Source of the DNA: Dubosiella newyorkensis
Lineage (GTDB): Bacteria > Bacillota_I > Bacilli_A > Erysipelotrichales > Erysipelotrichaceae
DNA: 32,000 nucleotides
Reading direction: 5' to 3'
Assembly (NCBI RefSeq): GCF_001945605.1
Contig: NZ_MPKA01000059.1
Span: forward strand, 1-32,000
Of this stretch, positions 8,851 through 17,679 are shown one piece after another (the first letter of the stretch is position 1; the number at the start of each line of letters is the position of its first letter). The position numbers and the translations under genes are program-made. The notes under the pieces were generated by a model, which saw only the letters and a program-made list of their open reading frames with translations, was not told the DNA's origin and did no database searches.

Positions 8851-8877
8851 GAAGTAGCACAAAGTGTCAGAAAGTGG
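8851..8877 (+). promoter_or_regulatory. Three 10-bp-phased direct repeats; candidate MraZ operator
   Basis: GAAGTAG-cac-AAAGTGT-cag-AAAGTGG starting at 8851, 8861 and 8871, immediately downstream of the -10 box and upstream of mraZ. Confidence 0.55.
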
Positions 8878-8888
8878 GGTGATGGCAC

Positions 8889-9323
8889 GTGTTCATGGGA
8901 GAGTTCGCGCATAACATCGATCGTAAGGGGCGATTGATCATGCCTGCCAAATTCCGTGATGAATTGGGCGAGCGCGTCGTAGTCAACCGTGGACTGGATG
9001 GCTGCTTGTATGTTTATACGATGGAACAATGGGAAGTTGTATATGCCAAATTATCCACATTACCCACGACAAAAAAGGACGCTCGAAAATATCAGCGTCT
9101 AATGCTTTCAAAAGCTTCTGAATGTGAACTAGATGGACAAGGTCGAATCTTGATTCCTGGCAATCTCGTTAAACTGGCTGGACTTGAAAAAGAGTGTATG
9201 ATCATCGGTGTGGCAAATCATATCGAGGTTTGGGCTAAAGATAAATGGGAAAGCATGGAAGAAGAGGAAGATGGAAGCTTTGAAGAAATTGCAGAAAGCT
9301 TATCGGATTTTATGGAAATGTAG
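8889..9323 (+). CDS. mraZ: Transcriptional regulator MraZ
   Basis: MFMGEFAHNIDRKGRLIMPAKFR plus a second SpoVT/AbrB-like repeat ELDGQGRILIPGNL. GTG start. Confidence 0.93.
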   Translation: MFMGEFAHNIDRKGRLIMPAKFRDELGERVVVNRGLDGCLYVYTMEQWEVVYAKLSTLPTTKKDARKYQRLMLSKASECELDGQGRILIPGNLVKLAGLEKECMIIGVANHIEVWAKDKWESMEEEEDGSFEEIAESLSDFMEM

Positions 9324-9326
9324 TTT

Positions 9327-10265
9327 ATGGAACATATCAGTGTATTGCTTAAAGAAACGATAGACATGCTCAATGTCAAAGAGGATGGGATCTATGTCGA
9401 TTGTACGCTAGGGCGTGGCGGGCATAGTTCCAAAATCTTGAAGCGCTGCTCGCATGGTCATTTATATTGTTTTGATATGGATCAAAAAGCGATCGAAGAA
9501 AGCACTCCACGGCTAGAAAAGGTCGGAAAGAATTTTACCTGCATCCATGCTCCTTTTGAGCAGATCAAGGAACGTATAAATACGTATGGGGTCGATCAAG
9601 TCGATGGGATCGTCATGGATCTTGGAGTATCTTCGCCCCAATTTGACGATGCCACACGAGGGTTCAGTTATCGAGAGGATGCGAAATTAGATATGCGGAT
9701 GGATCAAAGCGCTCTATTGTCAGCTCATGATGTTGTGAACGCCTATTCGCTTGAAGAACTTACAAAAGTGTTTCGCGAGTATGGCGAAGAACCGTTCGCG
9801 TATAAGATCGCCAAGGCTATTATTAAAAGACGGGAAGATCATCCGATCGAAACGACTTTTGAACTTGTCGATACGATCAAATCAGCGCTTCCAAATTCGG
9901 TATTGAAAAAGAAGGGTCATCCGGCCAAAAAGGTATTTCAAGCGATTCGGATCGAGGTGAATCAAGAGTTGAGCCAATTGAAAAAAGCTTTGATTGAGGG
10001 GTTGGAGCTTTTGAAACCTGGCGGGCGAATGGTAGTGATCACCTTTCATTCTTTAGAAGATCGCATTGTGAAAAATGCCTTTAAAGAGGTCGCGACACCA
10101 AAAAAAGTCGATAAGCGGATACCTCAACAAGGGATAGAAAAGATTGAATATCGTTTATTAAATCGTAAGCCGGTCGTGGCTTCTGTTCAGGAACTAGAAC
10201 ATAATCCGCGCTCGCACAGCGCAAAATTAAGGGGAGTTGAGAGAAATGAGAATGAGAAAAACTAA
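9327..10265 (+). CDS. rsmH: 16S rRNA (cytosine1402-N4)-methyltransferase
   Basis: Canonical MraW motifs: VDCTLGRGGHS, DLGVSSPQ, ITFHSLEDRIVK, NPRSHSAKLR. Confidence 0.93.
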   Translation: MEHISVLLKETIDMLNVKEDGIYVDCTLGRGGHSSKILKRCSHGHLYCFDMDQKAIEESTPRLEKVGKNFTCIHAPFEQIKERINTYGVDQVDGIVMDLGVSSPQFDDATRGFSYREDAKLDMRMDQSALLSAHDVVNAYSLEELTKVFREYGEEPFAYKIAKAIIKRREDHPIETTFELVDTIKSALPNSVLKKKGHPAKKVFQAIRIEVNQELSQLKKALIEGLELLKPGGRMVVITFHSLEDRIVKNAFKEVATPKKVDKRIPQQGIEKIEYRLLNRKPVVASVQELEHNPRSHSAKLRGVERNENEKN

Positions 10266-10542
10266 ACGAAAAAGTGCATTAGAACGTCTTTCGAGAATCA
10301 TTTTTGCTTTTTCTCTCCTGTTCTACTGTGGTTCCAAAGTCGTAGTGAACGCCTATAATATAACGCTTTCGAAAGAGGAGCAAAGCATCGCGGCGAAGAA
10401 CAATCAAAAACAAGACGCAGTAGAAGAACTGCAGGTCACCATTCGAAACATGCAGGATAAAAAAGAGGTTCTTGGAATGCTCAAAAATGAAGTCCAAGAT
10501 AATCAAAACAACATCTTCATTATTGGAAACAGTGACGAATAA
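10246..10542 (+). CDS. ftsL: FtsL-like cell division protein (basic N-terminus, one TM helix, coiled coil)
   Basis: Position between rsmH and the division PBP. Sequence MRMRKTKRKSALERL followed by TM IIFAFSLLFYCG and then a heptad-like region. ATG 10246 sits 9 nt after AAGGGGAG. Confidence 0.6.
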   Translation: MRMRKTKRKSALERLSRIIFAFSLLFYCGSKVVVNAYNITLSKEEQSIAAKNNQKQDAVEELQVTIRNMQDKKEVLGMLKNEVQDNQNNIFIIGNSDE

Positions 10543-10569
10543 CCGCTTTACGCGGTTTTTATTTTTTTA
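10541..10569 (+). terminator. Short hairpin plus T-run after ftsL (possible internal terminator or attenuator)
   Basis: AACCGC-tttac-GCGGTT followed by TTTTATTTTTTT. Confidence 0.45.
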
Positions 10570-10573
10570 CCAT

Positions 10574-10601
10574 TTGAATTCATCGTTTGAATGAATATAA
10601 T
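10574..10601 (+). promoter_or_regulatory. Candidate promoter for the PBP gene
   Basis: TTGAAT (10574-10579), 16-nt spacer, TATAAT (10596-10601). Confidence 0.5.
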
Positions 10602-10625
10602 AAAAACAGCTTAGAATGGACAATT

Positions 10626-12815
10626 ATGAATATAAATAAAACGAATAAAAAAATGAGTGCGATCCTTGTGGTCATGTTAGTCATCTCTGCGATCGTCGTT
10701 TCTAACGTTGTCTATACGATGATATCTAAACACCATATATGGTCTGGACAAGATGTCTTGCATTCAAAGATCCGTTCATCGATCGTCAATACGAGTGTCG
10801 AAGCAAAACGCGGAAATATTTATGATCGAAATCATAATGTGATCGCTCATCAGATTCCTGCGTATACAGTTGTCGCTTATTTGGATGATTCGATCGTGGA
10901 TGAAAATGGAGACCCTGACTATGTCTCCGATCCAAAAAAGACGGCGAAGGAACTGAAAAAGTATTTGCCCAATATTGATGAAAAGCAAGTCGCGCAGATC
11001 TTGGAGAACGCGATCAAAAATGATTTAAGTCAAACAGAACTTGGATCAGGAACAAAACGAATCGATAAAGAAGTTATGGAAACGATCCGAAAAGCCAATA
11101 TTCCTGGAATCGGTTTTATTGATGATATTAAAAGAGAATATCCGACGACTCCATTTGCATCGAATTTGATTGGATACGCCTCTTATGATGAAGATGAACA
11201 AAAAATCTTAGGAAAACTCGGCCTAGAACAAATGCTTGAAGAGTATTTAGCGGGCGAAGACGGATCGATTCAATATCAACAAATGGTGGATGGAACTGTC
11301 CTTCCGGGTACGCTTCAAGTCTTTGAAGAAGCCGTCGATGGGGATGATGTTATTTTGACGATTGATTCGAACCTTCAATCGGTCGTAGAAGCCCAGCTTC
11401 AAGAAACGATAACCGCCAACAACGCGAGCAATGCGTGGGCGATCGTGGTCGAAGTGGAGACTGGAAAGATCTTGGCGTGGGGAAGCTATCCGACATTCAA
11501 TCAAAATCAGCCTACAGAAATTCCGAATTTTTTAAATAATATGACGGAAATGGCGATCGAGCCTGGTTCTGTCATGAAGCCTTTTGTTTATGCGACAGCG
11601 ATCGACAGCGGCGTCTATCCGGCAGGACAATCGTACACAGCTGGATCGTTCACTTATGGTTTGGATGCGAACGGAAACATCGCCCGAGTCGCAAATGGAA
11701 CGCAAACGGGTTTTCCTGTAATCAACGATGCGCTAGGTGAAAACTTTGGGGTGATCACATTCGAGCAAGGTTTGGCTTTTTCGTCCAATATCGCGATCTG
11801 TGAGTTATTGACAAATTATGTCAATTACAATCAATTTAGTGATTATTTGGATCGTTTTGGTTTTTATCAATATGTAGATATTCCTTTTGTTTCGGAAGCG
11901 AAAGGAACGAAGAATATTGAGTCCCCTTCGGATTATTTGTCCACTGGATTTGGACAAGCTTCTTCTTTGACGATCTTGCAGCTCATTCAAGCGTATACTG
12001 CGATCTTTAACGATGGGAAAATGATGCGTCCGTATGTGGTGGACGAGATCTATAATGTCGAAAGTGATCATGTTGTGAAAAAGTTCGAACCGGAAGTTGT
12101 TGGCGAACCGATTTCGGCCGAAACGGCGGCAAAAGTAAGAGAATTGATGCGTGGGGTCATGGCTCCAGGAGCAACCGGTGATAAATTTAATGTCGATGGC
12201 ATCGAGATGATCGGAAAAACAGGAACGGGAGAAATCTACAATGAAAAGACGGGCGGTTATGACAAGACGAATTATACGTCCTCAGCGATGCTTGCTGCTC
12301 CTGCCAACGACCCAAAGATCATGGTGTATTGGGGAATGCAGTCTTCGAACTATTTAGATTATTCGCCATCTCCCGCTCAAACGATCATGCAGGCTGCTTT
12401 GATTGCCAATGCGGTTTCTGGCGCTAATCCACAGCCTTCCGACCAGAGCGAAGAACCAACTTGGTCTACCTATACGATGCCTTCATTGATCAACCATTCG
12501 ATCGAATACGTGAATTCGCAAATGGAGGGCAAAAATGTAAATATCGTCATGATCGGAGATGGAAATACAATTGTCGATCAATTTGCCAAAGAAGGCTCGA
12601 CCGTGTATTCTTATGATCGCGTGTTCTTGAAGACGAATGGTGAAAACATAACGATGCCGGATATGACCAATTGGACCCGAAAAGATATTACGGCTTTTTG
12701 GCAATTGAGTGGGATCGGTATTCAGACAAGCGGATATGGAAAAGTGACTACGCAAAATATTCCGCCTGGAGAATCGATCAATACTTCAAGCGATATCCAA
12801 GTTGTCTTAGAATAG
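10626..12815 (+). CDS. Class B penicillin-binding protein (division transpeptidase, PBP2B/FtsI-like) with two C-terminal PASTA domains
   Basis: SVMK (SxxK), SSN and KTGT motifs, an N-terminal TM anchor, and a C-terminal duplicated PASTA-like region. The start is ambiguous (TTG 10587, ATG 10626, ATG 10653). I prefer 10626 because 10587 lies inside the predicted promoter. Confidence 0.9.
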   Translation: MNINKTNKKMSAILVVMLVISAIVVSNVVYTMISKHHIWSGQDVLHSKIRSSIVNTSVEAKRGNIYDRNHNVIAHQIPAYTVVAYLDDSIVDENGDPDYVSDPKKTAKELKKYLPNIDEKQVAQILENAIKNDLSQTELGSGTKRIDKEVMETIRKANIPGIGFIDDIKREYPTTPFASNLIGYASYDEDEQKILGKLGLEQMLEEYLAGEDGSIQYQQMVDGTVLPGTLQVFEEAVDGDDVILTIDSNLQSVVEAQLQETITANNASNAWAIVVEVETGKILAWGSYPTFNQNQPTEIPNFLNNMTEMAIEPGSVMKPFVYATAIDSGVYPAGQSYTAGSFTYGLDANGNIARVANGTQTGFPVINDALGENFGVITFEQGLAFSSNIAICELLTNYVNYNQFSDYLDRFGFYQYVDIPFVSEAKGTKNIESPSDYLSTGFGQASSLTILQLIQAYTAIFNDGKMMRPYVVDEIYNVESDHVVKKFEPEVVGEPISAETAAKVRELMRGVMAPGATGDKFNVDGIEMIGKTGTGEIYNEKTGGYDKTNYTSSAMLAAPANDPKIMVYWGMQSSNYLDYSPSPAQTIMQAALIANAVSGANPQPSDQSEEPTWSTYTMPSLINHSIEYVNSQMEGKNVNIVMIGDGNTIVDQFAKEGSTVYSYDRVFLKTNGENITMPDMTNWTRKDITAFWQLSGIGIQTSGYGKVTTQNIPPGESINTSSDIQVVLE

Positions 12816-12909
12816 GCAAATTGGCTCAATAATAGTTTGAATTTTGATAGTATGTTGTTAGAGAATGTCCGAATTGTTAATTTCACCTTTAAAAATACAA
12901 TTTGAATCA

Positions 12910-12917
12910 TGTATAAT
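12910..12917 (+). promoter_or_regulatory. Extended -10 element upstream of ftsA
   Basis: TGTATAAT about 30 nt upstream of the ftsA ATG. No convincing -35. Confidence 0.4.
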
Positions 12918-12946
12918 AGAGCCGAAGTGCTTGAAGGAGATGTCGA

Positions 12947-14200
12947 ATGAGTAAAAAAGTATATGCGGCGATCGAGCTGGCAGATCAAGAGGTCCGTTTG
13001 GTCGTTATGGAAATATTTGAATCCCGATCGAACATTTTGAGAGTCGAGCGTGTTGCTTGTTCCGGCATACAGGGCAATTCGATCGTCGATGAAGCAAGTG
13101 TCGTAACGGCGATCCGCGAAGCCACGAAAAGTGCACAGGCGGCTCTTGGATATCGCATTGAGCGGGTCATTCTCTTGATCCCAGCTGTCAATGTCAAACA
13201 CAGCAGCCAAAAAGTTCATGTTCAGATCGAGGATGGAACAAGGACGGTTCGTCAATTCCATATTCAGCAAGGATATCAAAAAGCGATCCAAAAGAAGATG
13301 GGAGATGACGTGGAGTATGTGAATCCAAATAAAATCACGTACTTGATCAATGGAAGCGAGACAAGCAAGCTTCCAAAAGGTGAAGAGTGCAATGATTTTT
13401 ATATGTATGTAGATTTGTTGTATGCCAGCAAAGAAACGATCTTCACGTTTGCGCGGTGCATCGAGCAAGCCAATCTGGAAATCCTGGATATTTGTTTGGA
13501 TGTATTCGCCATGGGTGAAGAAACAGCGGCCTTACAACAAAGTATCGATCGGTCGATCATTCAGTTAAGTATTGAAGAAAGCCATACAGAACTCGCTTTA
13601 TTCATGGATCAAAAACTGATGTCCGTCGCTGATCTTGAGAAAGGATTTGGCTGGCTGATCGAGCCTTTGAAGGAGAAGTATCGACTTTCTAGCGAGATAT
13701 GTTATCGGCTGCTGCAAAATGTTTTCTCAGGAAAAGAAGAAGAAAACAGCGACGTGATCGTATATATCGAGCAGAAAGAAGAGAATCGTGTTGAGATCAG
13801 CGCGAAAGAGCTAGCGGAAGTTGTTTTGCCACGATTGAAAGAGTGGATCGTAGAGATCAATACAGCTTGCGATCCGATCGTTCGAAACGGTAAAACGCGG
13901 TATGTGCTAACAGGAAAGGGAAGCAACATTCCTGTATTGAAGGATATGGAAACGAGTTTCAACGCGGAAGCGATCGTTTATGAACCTTCAACGATCGGCG
14001 CTCGAGATGGTGCTTTGATCGCAGATCTTGGCGCAGCCTATGTATGGCAGGATACGAATCGGATCCGTCAGGACGATCGGATCTCTGTCAACAACAACGA
14101 ATTGGAGGCGAGCATCGATTCCATCAACCAAAAAGCAAAAGATGGCGATGGCGGCTTCACTCGAAAAATGAAAAGTGTCATTTTGTCGGATAAAGATTAG
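12947..14200 (+). CDS. ftsA: Cell division protein FtsA (divergent; degenerate nucleotide-binding motifs)
   Basis: Position directly upstream of ftsZ, and collinear with FtsA along its length, including [12 protein letters not shown] (adenosine motif region) and a basic amphipathic C-terminus [17 protein letters not shown] Shine-Dalgarno. Confidence 0.8.
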   Translation: MSKKVYAAIELADQEVRLVVMEIFESRSNILRVERVACSGIQGNSIVDEASVVTAIREATKSAQAALGYRIERVILLIPAVNVKHSSQKVHVQIEDGTRTVRQFHIQQGYQKAIQKKMGDDVEYVNPNKITYLINGSETSKLPKGEECNDFYMYVDLLYASKETIFTFARCIEQANLEILDICLDVFAMGEETAALQQSIDRSIIQLSIEESHTELALFMDQKLMSVADLEKGFGWLIEPLKEKYRLSSEICYRLLQNVFSGKEEENSDVIVYIEQKEENRVEISAKELAEVVLPRLKEWIVEINTACDPIVRNGKTRYVLTGKGSNIPVLKDMETSFNAEAIVYEPSTIGARDGALIADLGAAYVWQDTNRIRQDDRISVNNNELEASIDSINQKAKDGDGGFTRKMKSVILSDKD

Positions 14201-14220
14201 TAACAGGAGGAACTGAGAAT

Positions 14221-15339
14221 ATGCCAGAATTTAATCAAGTAGCGAATATTAAAGTCTTCGGTGTGGGAGGCGGCGGAAGCAATGCCGTGAACCGTATGGT
14301 TGCCGATGGAGTAAAAGGAGTCGATTTCTTCATCTGCAATACCGATGTACAAGTGATGAAAAACTCGCCTGCCGAAAACAAGATCGTTTTAGGTAAAGAA
14401 ACGACTAAGGGACTTGGCGCCGGCGGAAATCCAGAATATGGACGTAAAGCGGCAGAAGAGTCCGAAAACGAGATCCGTGACGCTGTCAATGGAGCCGATA
14501 TGGTCTTCATCACAGCAGGAATGGGCGGTGGAACAGGAACTGGCGCGGCTCCTCTTGTTGCGAAGATCGCAAAAGAAGAAGGGGCTTTGACCGTTGCGGT
14601 CGTAACTCGTCCTTTCACATTTGAAGGAAGAAGAAGAGCCAACAATGCTGCAGAAGGGATCGATGAACTTAAAAAGTATGTAGATTCTTTGATCATCGTT
14701 TCAAATGATAACCTTCTTGAAGTGATCGGAAGAAAACCAATCGAAGAAGCGTTCCAAGCAGCGGATAACGTGCTTCGTCAAGGTGTTCAGACGATTTCCG
14801 ATCTTATTGCTGTCCCTGCGCTGATCAATCTTGACTTTGCGGATGTAAGAAGCGTGATGCAGAATCAAGGTCGCGCTTTGATTGGTATTGGTATGGCTGA
14901 AGGAGAAGACAAGGCAGTGGTTGCGGCTGAAAAGGCGATCCAATCTCCTCTTCTCGAAGCGCAGATCAGTGGCGCAAAATCAGCGATCATCAATATTACA
15001 GGTGGCGATAAAGTTTCGCTTTATGATGCGCAAAACGCAGTGGCTGTAATCCAAGATGCGGCTGGTGGCGATGTGGACTGCATTTTCGGTATTGCGATCA
15101 ATGAGCAGCTCGGCGATGCGGTGATCGTTACGGTAATCGCGACTGGATTTGAAGAACCAGTAAAAAATAACACAAGAAAGAAAAGAAATGAAAATCCGCA
15201 AGTGCAGCTTGCGCAAAGCAACCAAGCACTATTTACTCAACCGACGATCCAGACGACTGTCAATCCAGGCGTTGTGACAACGGCTGTTGAAGAACCAAAT
15301 CAGGACGATCAAATTCCGAACTTTTTCTTCAATCGTTAA
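14221..15339 (+). CDS. ftsZ: Cell division protein FtsZ
   Basis: Tubulin signature [15 protein letters not shown], and the C-terminal conserved peptide [11 protein letters not shown]. Confidence 0.97.
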   Translation: MPEFNQVANIKVFGVGGGGSNAVNRMVADGVKGVDFFICNTDVQVMKNSPAENKIVLGKETTKGLGAGGNPEYGRKAAEESENEIRDAVNGADMVFITAGMGGGTGTGAAPLVAKIAKEEGALTVAVVTRPFTFEGRRRANNAAEGIDELKKYVDSLIIVSNDNLLEVIGRKPIEEAFQAADNVLRQGVQTISDLIAVPALINLDFADVRSVMQNQGRALIGIGMAEGEDKAVVAAEKAIQSPLLEAQISGAKSAIINITGGDKVSLYDAQNAVAVIQDAAGGDVDCIFGIAINEQLGDAVIVTVIATGFEEPVKNNTRKKRNENPQVQLAQSNQALFTQPTIQTTVNPGVVTTAVEEPNQDDQIPNFFFNR

Positions 15340-15342
15340 AAA

Positions 15343-15681
15343 ATGAAAGTCGCTCTATTTGATGCTGCGTTATTGAACACACCTTATATTCAGGCTTTTG
15401 TTCAAGAACACAACATCGGATGTGCTGTCGTTTCCAGTTTATATAAGGATATTGAAAATCCTTTAGATATCGAGATCTTTATTCAGAAGGATCTTTCTAT
15501 CCAAAACTTTGTATTTCAACCGATTAAGGATACATTGATTGTGTTTGATACAAAGACGCAAGCTTGGAAACGATACTACTTTCAGCTATTTTCCTTGGAA
15601 GAATCGGATACGATTTCCGTTTTGGCAGAGCAGATCAATTGTTCGATTGATAAATTTAATGCGAAATATTCAGGAAAATGA
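15343..15681 (+). CDS. Hypothetical protein, 112 aa, starting 3 nt after the ftsZ stop
   Basis: Clean ORF ending at a strong terminator. No Shine-Dalgarno and no recognisable family. Confidence 0.5.
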   Translation: MKVALFDAALLNTPYIQAFVQEHNIGCAVVSSLYKDIENPLDIEIFIQKDLSIQNFVFQPIKDTLIVFDTKTQAWKRYYFQLFSLEESDTISVLAEQINCSIDKFNAKYSGK

Positions 15682-15697
15682 TTTATAGAAGTGAGCG

Positions 15698-15735
15698 AAA
15701 AGGGAGAATAAGAATTCTATTATTCTCCCTTTTTC
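15698..15735 (+). terminator. Rho-independent terminator ending the division operon
   Basis: AGGGAGAATA (15701-15710) / TATTCTCCCT (15721-15730), extended by AAA/TTT, followed by a T-run. Confidence 0.85.
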
Positions 15736-15840
15736 TGTATTTATAGATATTTCATCAAGTGAATATGTGAAATTATCGAATTCCTCAATACTGAAAGTCT
15801 TATATGATAAACTTTTAAAGTTGAAAGGGACGTCTTTACT

Positions 15841-17622
15841 ATGAAACAAAAACAAAAGAGAAAAGTGAGAAAAGGAATTCTTTCTAAATTGCTTTCACCG
15901 ATTCTATTTGTTCTTTCTTTAGTGTTGGCTTTTCAGATCTATCGTCTGAATATTTTGCCGGTTCAATATTTGCTGCCGATCTTGATCGTAATTGTTGTGT
16001 TGACCCTTATTTTATTGATTTGCAGCTATACAAAAACACATCGAGTTTGGATCCGAAGATTCACTACATTTATGACCGTCCTTTTGACGATCGTTTATAG
16101 TGTTGGAAATTATTATATTTATAAGACGGATGAATTGTTCGCTCGAATCGATGATCTTGCGACAAAGATAACGAATACGATATCAGTTCGAGTGATGAAG
16201 AATTCATCGATCAAAGACGCAGATCAGCTCAATGGAGTCAAGGTTGGTGTTTGTCTTTCTCAAGATCAGACAGGAACGCAAAAAATGCTTGATTCCCTTC
16301 AGGATAAAGGAGTTTCTGTTGAGCAGGAAGATTTTGATAGTCTAACGTCAATGACGGCTGCTTTGTATGATGGGCAGATCGACGCTATGATCTTGAATGA
16401 CGCCTATCTTGGTTTGGTCCATGATACTGAGCCGTTTACATTTATTACAACAGATACGAAAACGGTGGATCAATTGATCTATTATACTGATCGTACACAT
16501 CAAGTCGAGGATTCTAAAGATCAAGTCAATGTGACCCAGCAGCCTTTTTCAGTGCTCATCAGCGGCAATGATACATATGGTTCTTTATCGGAAAATTCAA
16601 GAAGCGATGTCAATATGATCGTGACGGTCAATCCAAAAACGGGGGTCATCTTAATGACAAGCATTCCTCGCGATTATTATTTAGAGGTGGATTGTCCAAA
16701 TCAAAATGGCTGTCTAGCTGGTCAAATGGATAAATTGACCCATACTGGAATTCGTGGGGTGGAGACGACAGAAGCTACTTTAGAGAAGGCGCTAGGAATC
16801 AATATCAACTATACGGTTCGAGTAAATTTTTCTTCGCTTGTTAATCTTGTCGACGCTTTAGGTGGGATCGATATCGATGTTCCAGAAGGTATGGCCGTCA
16901 AGACCTTTTATGCCAATGAGACATTGGAAGGTGTGAAAGAGGGAAGAAATCATTTGGAAGGGGAGCGGGCTTTAGCGTTTGCTCGAGAAAGGCATGCGTA
17001 TGTAGATGGGGATACCCAGCGCGTGCGAAACCAGCAAACCGTGCTTAGAGCGATCATCGATAAGATCACTTCTCCTGCGATCTTGATGAATTATGGGAAG
17101 TTTGTCGATGCGATCGGTGGCGCCTTCGAAACCGATATGCCTGCAAGCCAGATCAAGGATCTGATGCGTTTTCAGTTAGCTCGGAATCCACACTGGAAGT
17201 TTGAGAGTTATTCGCTGCGCGGAGAAGGCAGTACGGAATATTGTGCGGAGCTAGGAGACTATGCGTATGTTACAATGCCGGATGAGTACTCAGTCGAGAT
17301 CGCCCGTCAAAAACTACAGGCTGTATTGAATGGAAAGTCGGCAGATTCGATCAAAGACGAGCAAGAGTTAGCGCCTGCAGGAGCTTTTAGCCAAGAAGAT
17401 ACATCGGAGCAAGACGAGGAAATCAATCAGGAAGAGGATTTCGAGGATCCATATCCAGTTTATGAGAATGCACCGACGTATGATGAACAGATCGACGAGG
17501 GGCTGTCAGCTTACGAAAATGAAGATCCTTTACAATATAACAGTTCTAATGAAGAAGAGGCTTATAATCCGAATTGGTCTTTGGATAGTGAATCTCAACA
17601 GTATCCTTCGTATGGAGAGTAA
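15841..17622 (+). CDS. LytR-CpsA-Psr (LCP) family glycopolymer phosphotransferase, paralog 1
   Basis: N-terminal TM helices, a roughly 130-aa periplasmic-binding-protein-like insert (VKVGVCLSQDQTG...YDGQIDAMILNDAY), the LCP core (SDVNMIVTVNPKTGVILMTSIPRDYY...GERALAFARERH...DTQRVRNQQ), and a Tyr/Asp/Glu-rich tail. Confidence 0.9.
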   Translation: MKQKQKRKVRKGILSKLLSPILFVLSLVLAFQIYRLNILPVQYLLPILIVIVVLTLILLICSYTKTHRVWIRRFTTFMTVLLTIVYSVGNYYIYKTDELFARIDDLATKITNTISVRVMKNSSIKDADQLNGVKVGVCLSQDQTGTQKMLDSLQDKGVSVEQEDFDSLTSMTAALYDGQIDAMILNDAYLGLVHDTEPFTFITTDTKTVDQLIYYTDRTHQVEDSKDQVNVTQQPFSVLISGNDTYGSLSENSRSDVNMIVTVNPKTGVILMTSIPRDYYLEVDCPNQNGCLAGQMDKLTHTGIRGVETTEATLEKALGININYTVRVNFSSLVNLVDALGGIDIDVPEGMAVKTFYANETLEGVKEGRNHLEGERALAFARERHAYVDGDTQRVRNQQTVLRAIIDKITSPAILMNYGKFVDAIGGAFETDMPASQIKDLMRFQLARNPHWKFESYSLRGEGSTEYCAELGDYAYVTMPDEYSVEIARQKLQAVLNGKSADSIKDEQELAPAGAFSQEDTSEQDEEINQEEDFEDPYPVYENAPTYDEQIDEGLSAYENEDPLQYNSSNEEEAYNPNWSLDSESQQYPSYGE

Positions 17623-17652
17623 AAAAGAGTGTACGAGATACACTCTTTTTCA
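17622..17652 (+). terminator. Rho-independent terminator after LCP paralog 1
   Basis: AAAAAGAGTGTA-cgaga-TACACTCTTTTT. Confidence 0.75.
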
Positions 17653-17679
17653 AAGAGAAAGAGTCGTGTGAGGTGAGAT

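Noticed and set aside
12722-13468. 248-aa ORF antisense to ftsA. There are similar long antisense ORFs at 8115-8834 (opposite lctP), 14235-14696 (opposite ftsZ) and 1468-1794 (opposite nadB/nadC).
   Set aside because: Each lies opposite a confidently identified, motif-bearing gene. They have low-complexity or odd composition, no Shine-Dalgarno and no recognisable family, which is typical of shadow ORFs.
15681-15747. 9-bp direct repeat ATTTATAGA at 15681 and 15739 flanking the division-operon terminator hairpin. This could be a target-site duplication from a miniature insertion.
   Set aside because: The repeat is short and AT-rich, so a chance match is plausible. There are no terminal inverted repeats other than the terminator stem, and I saw no other copies in the window.
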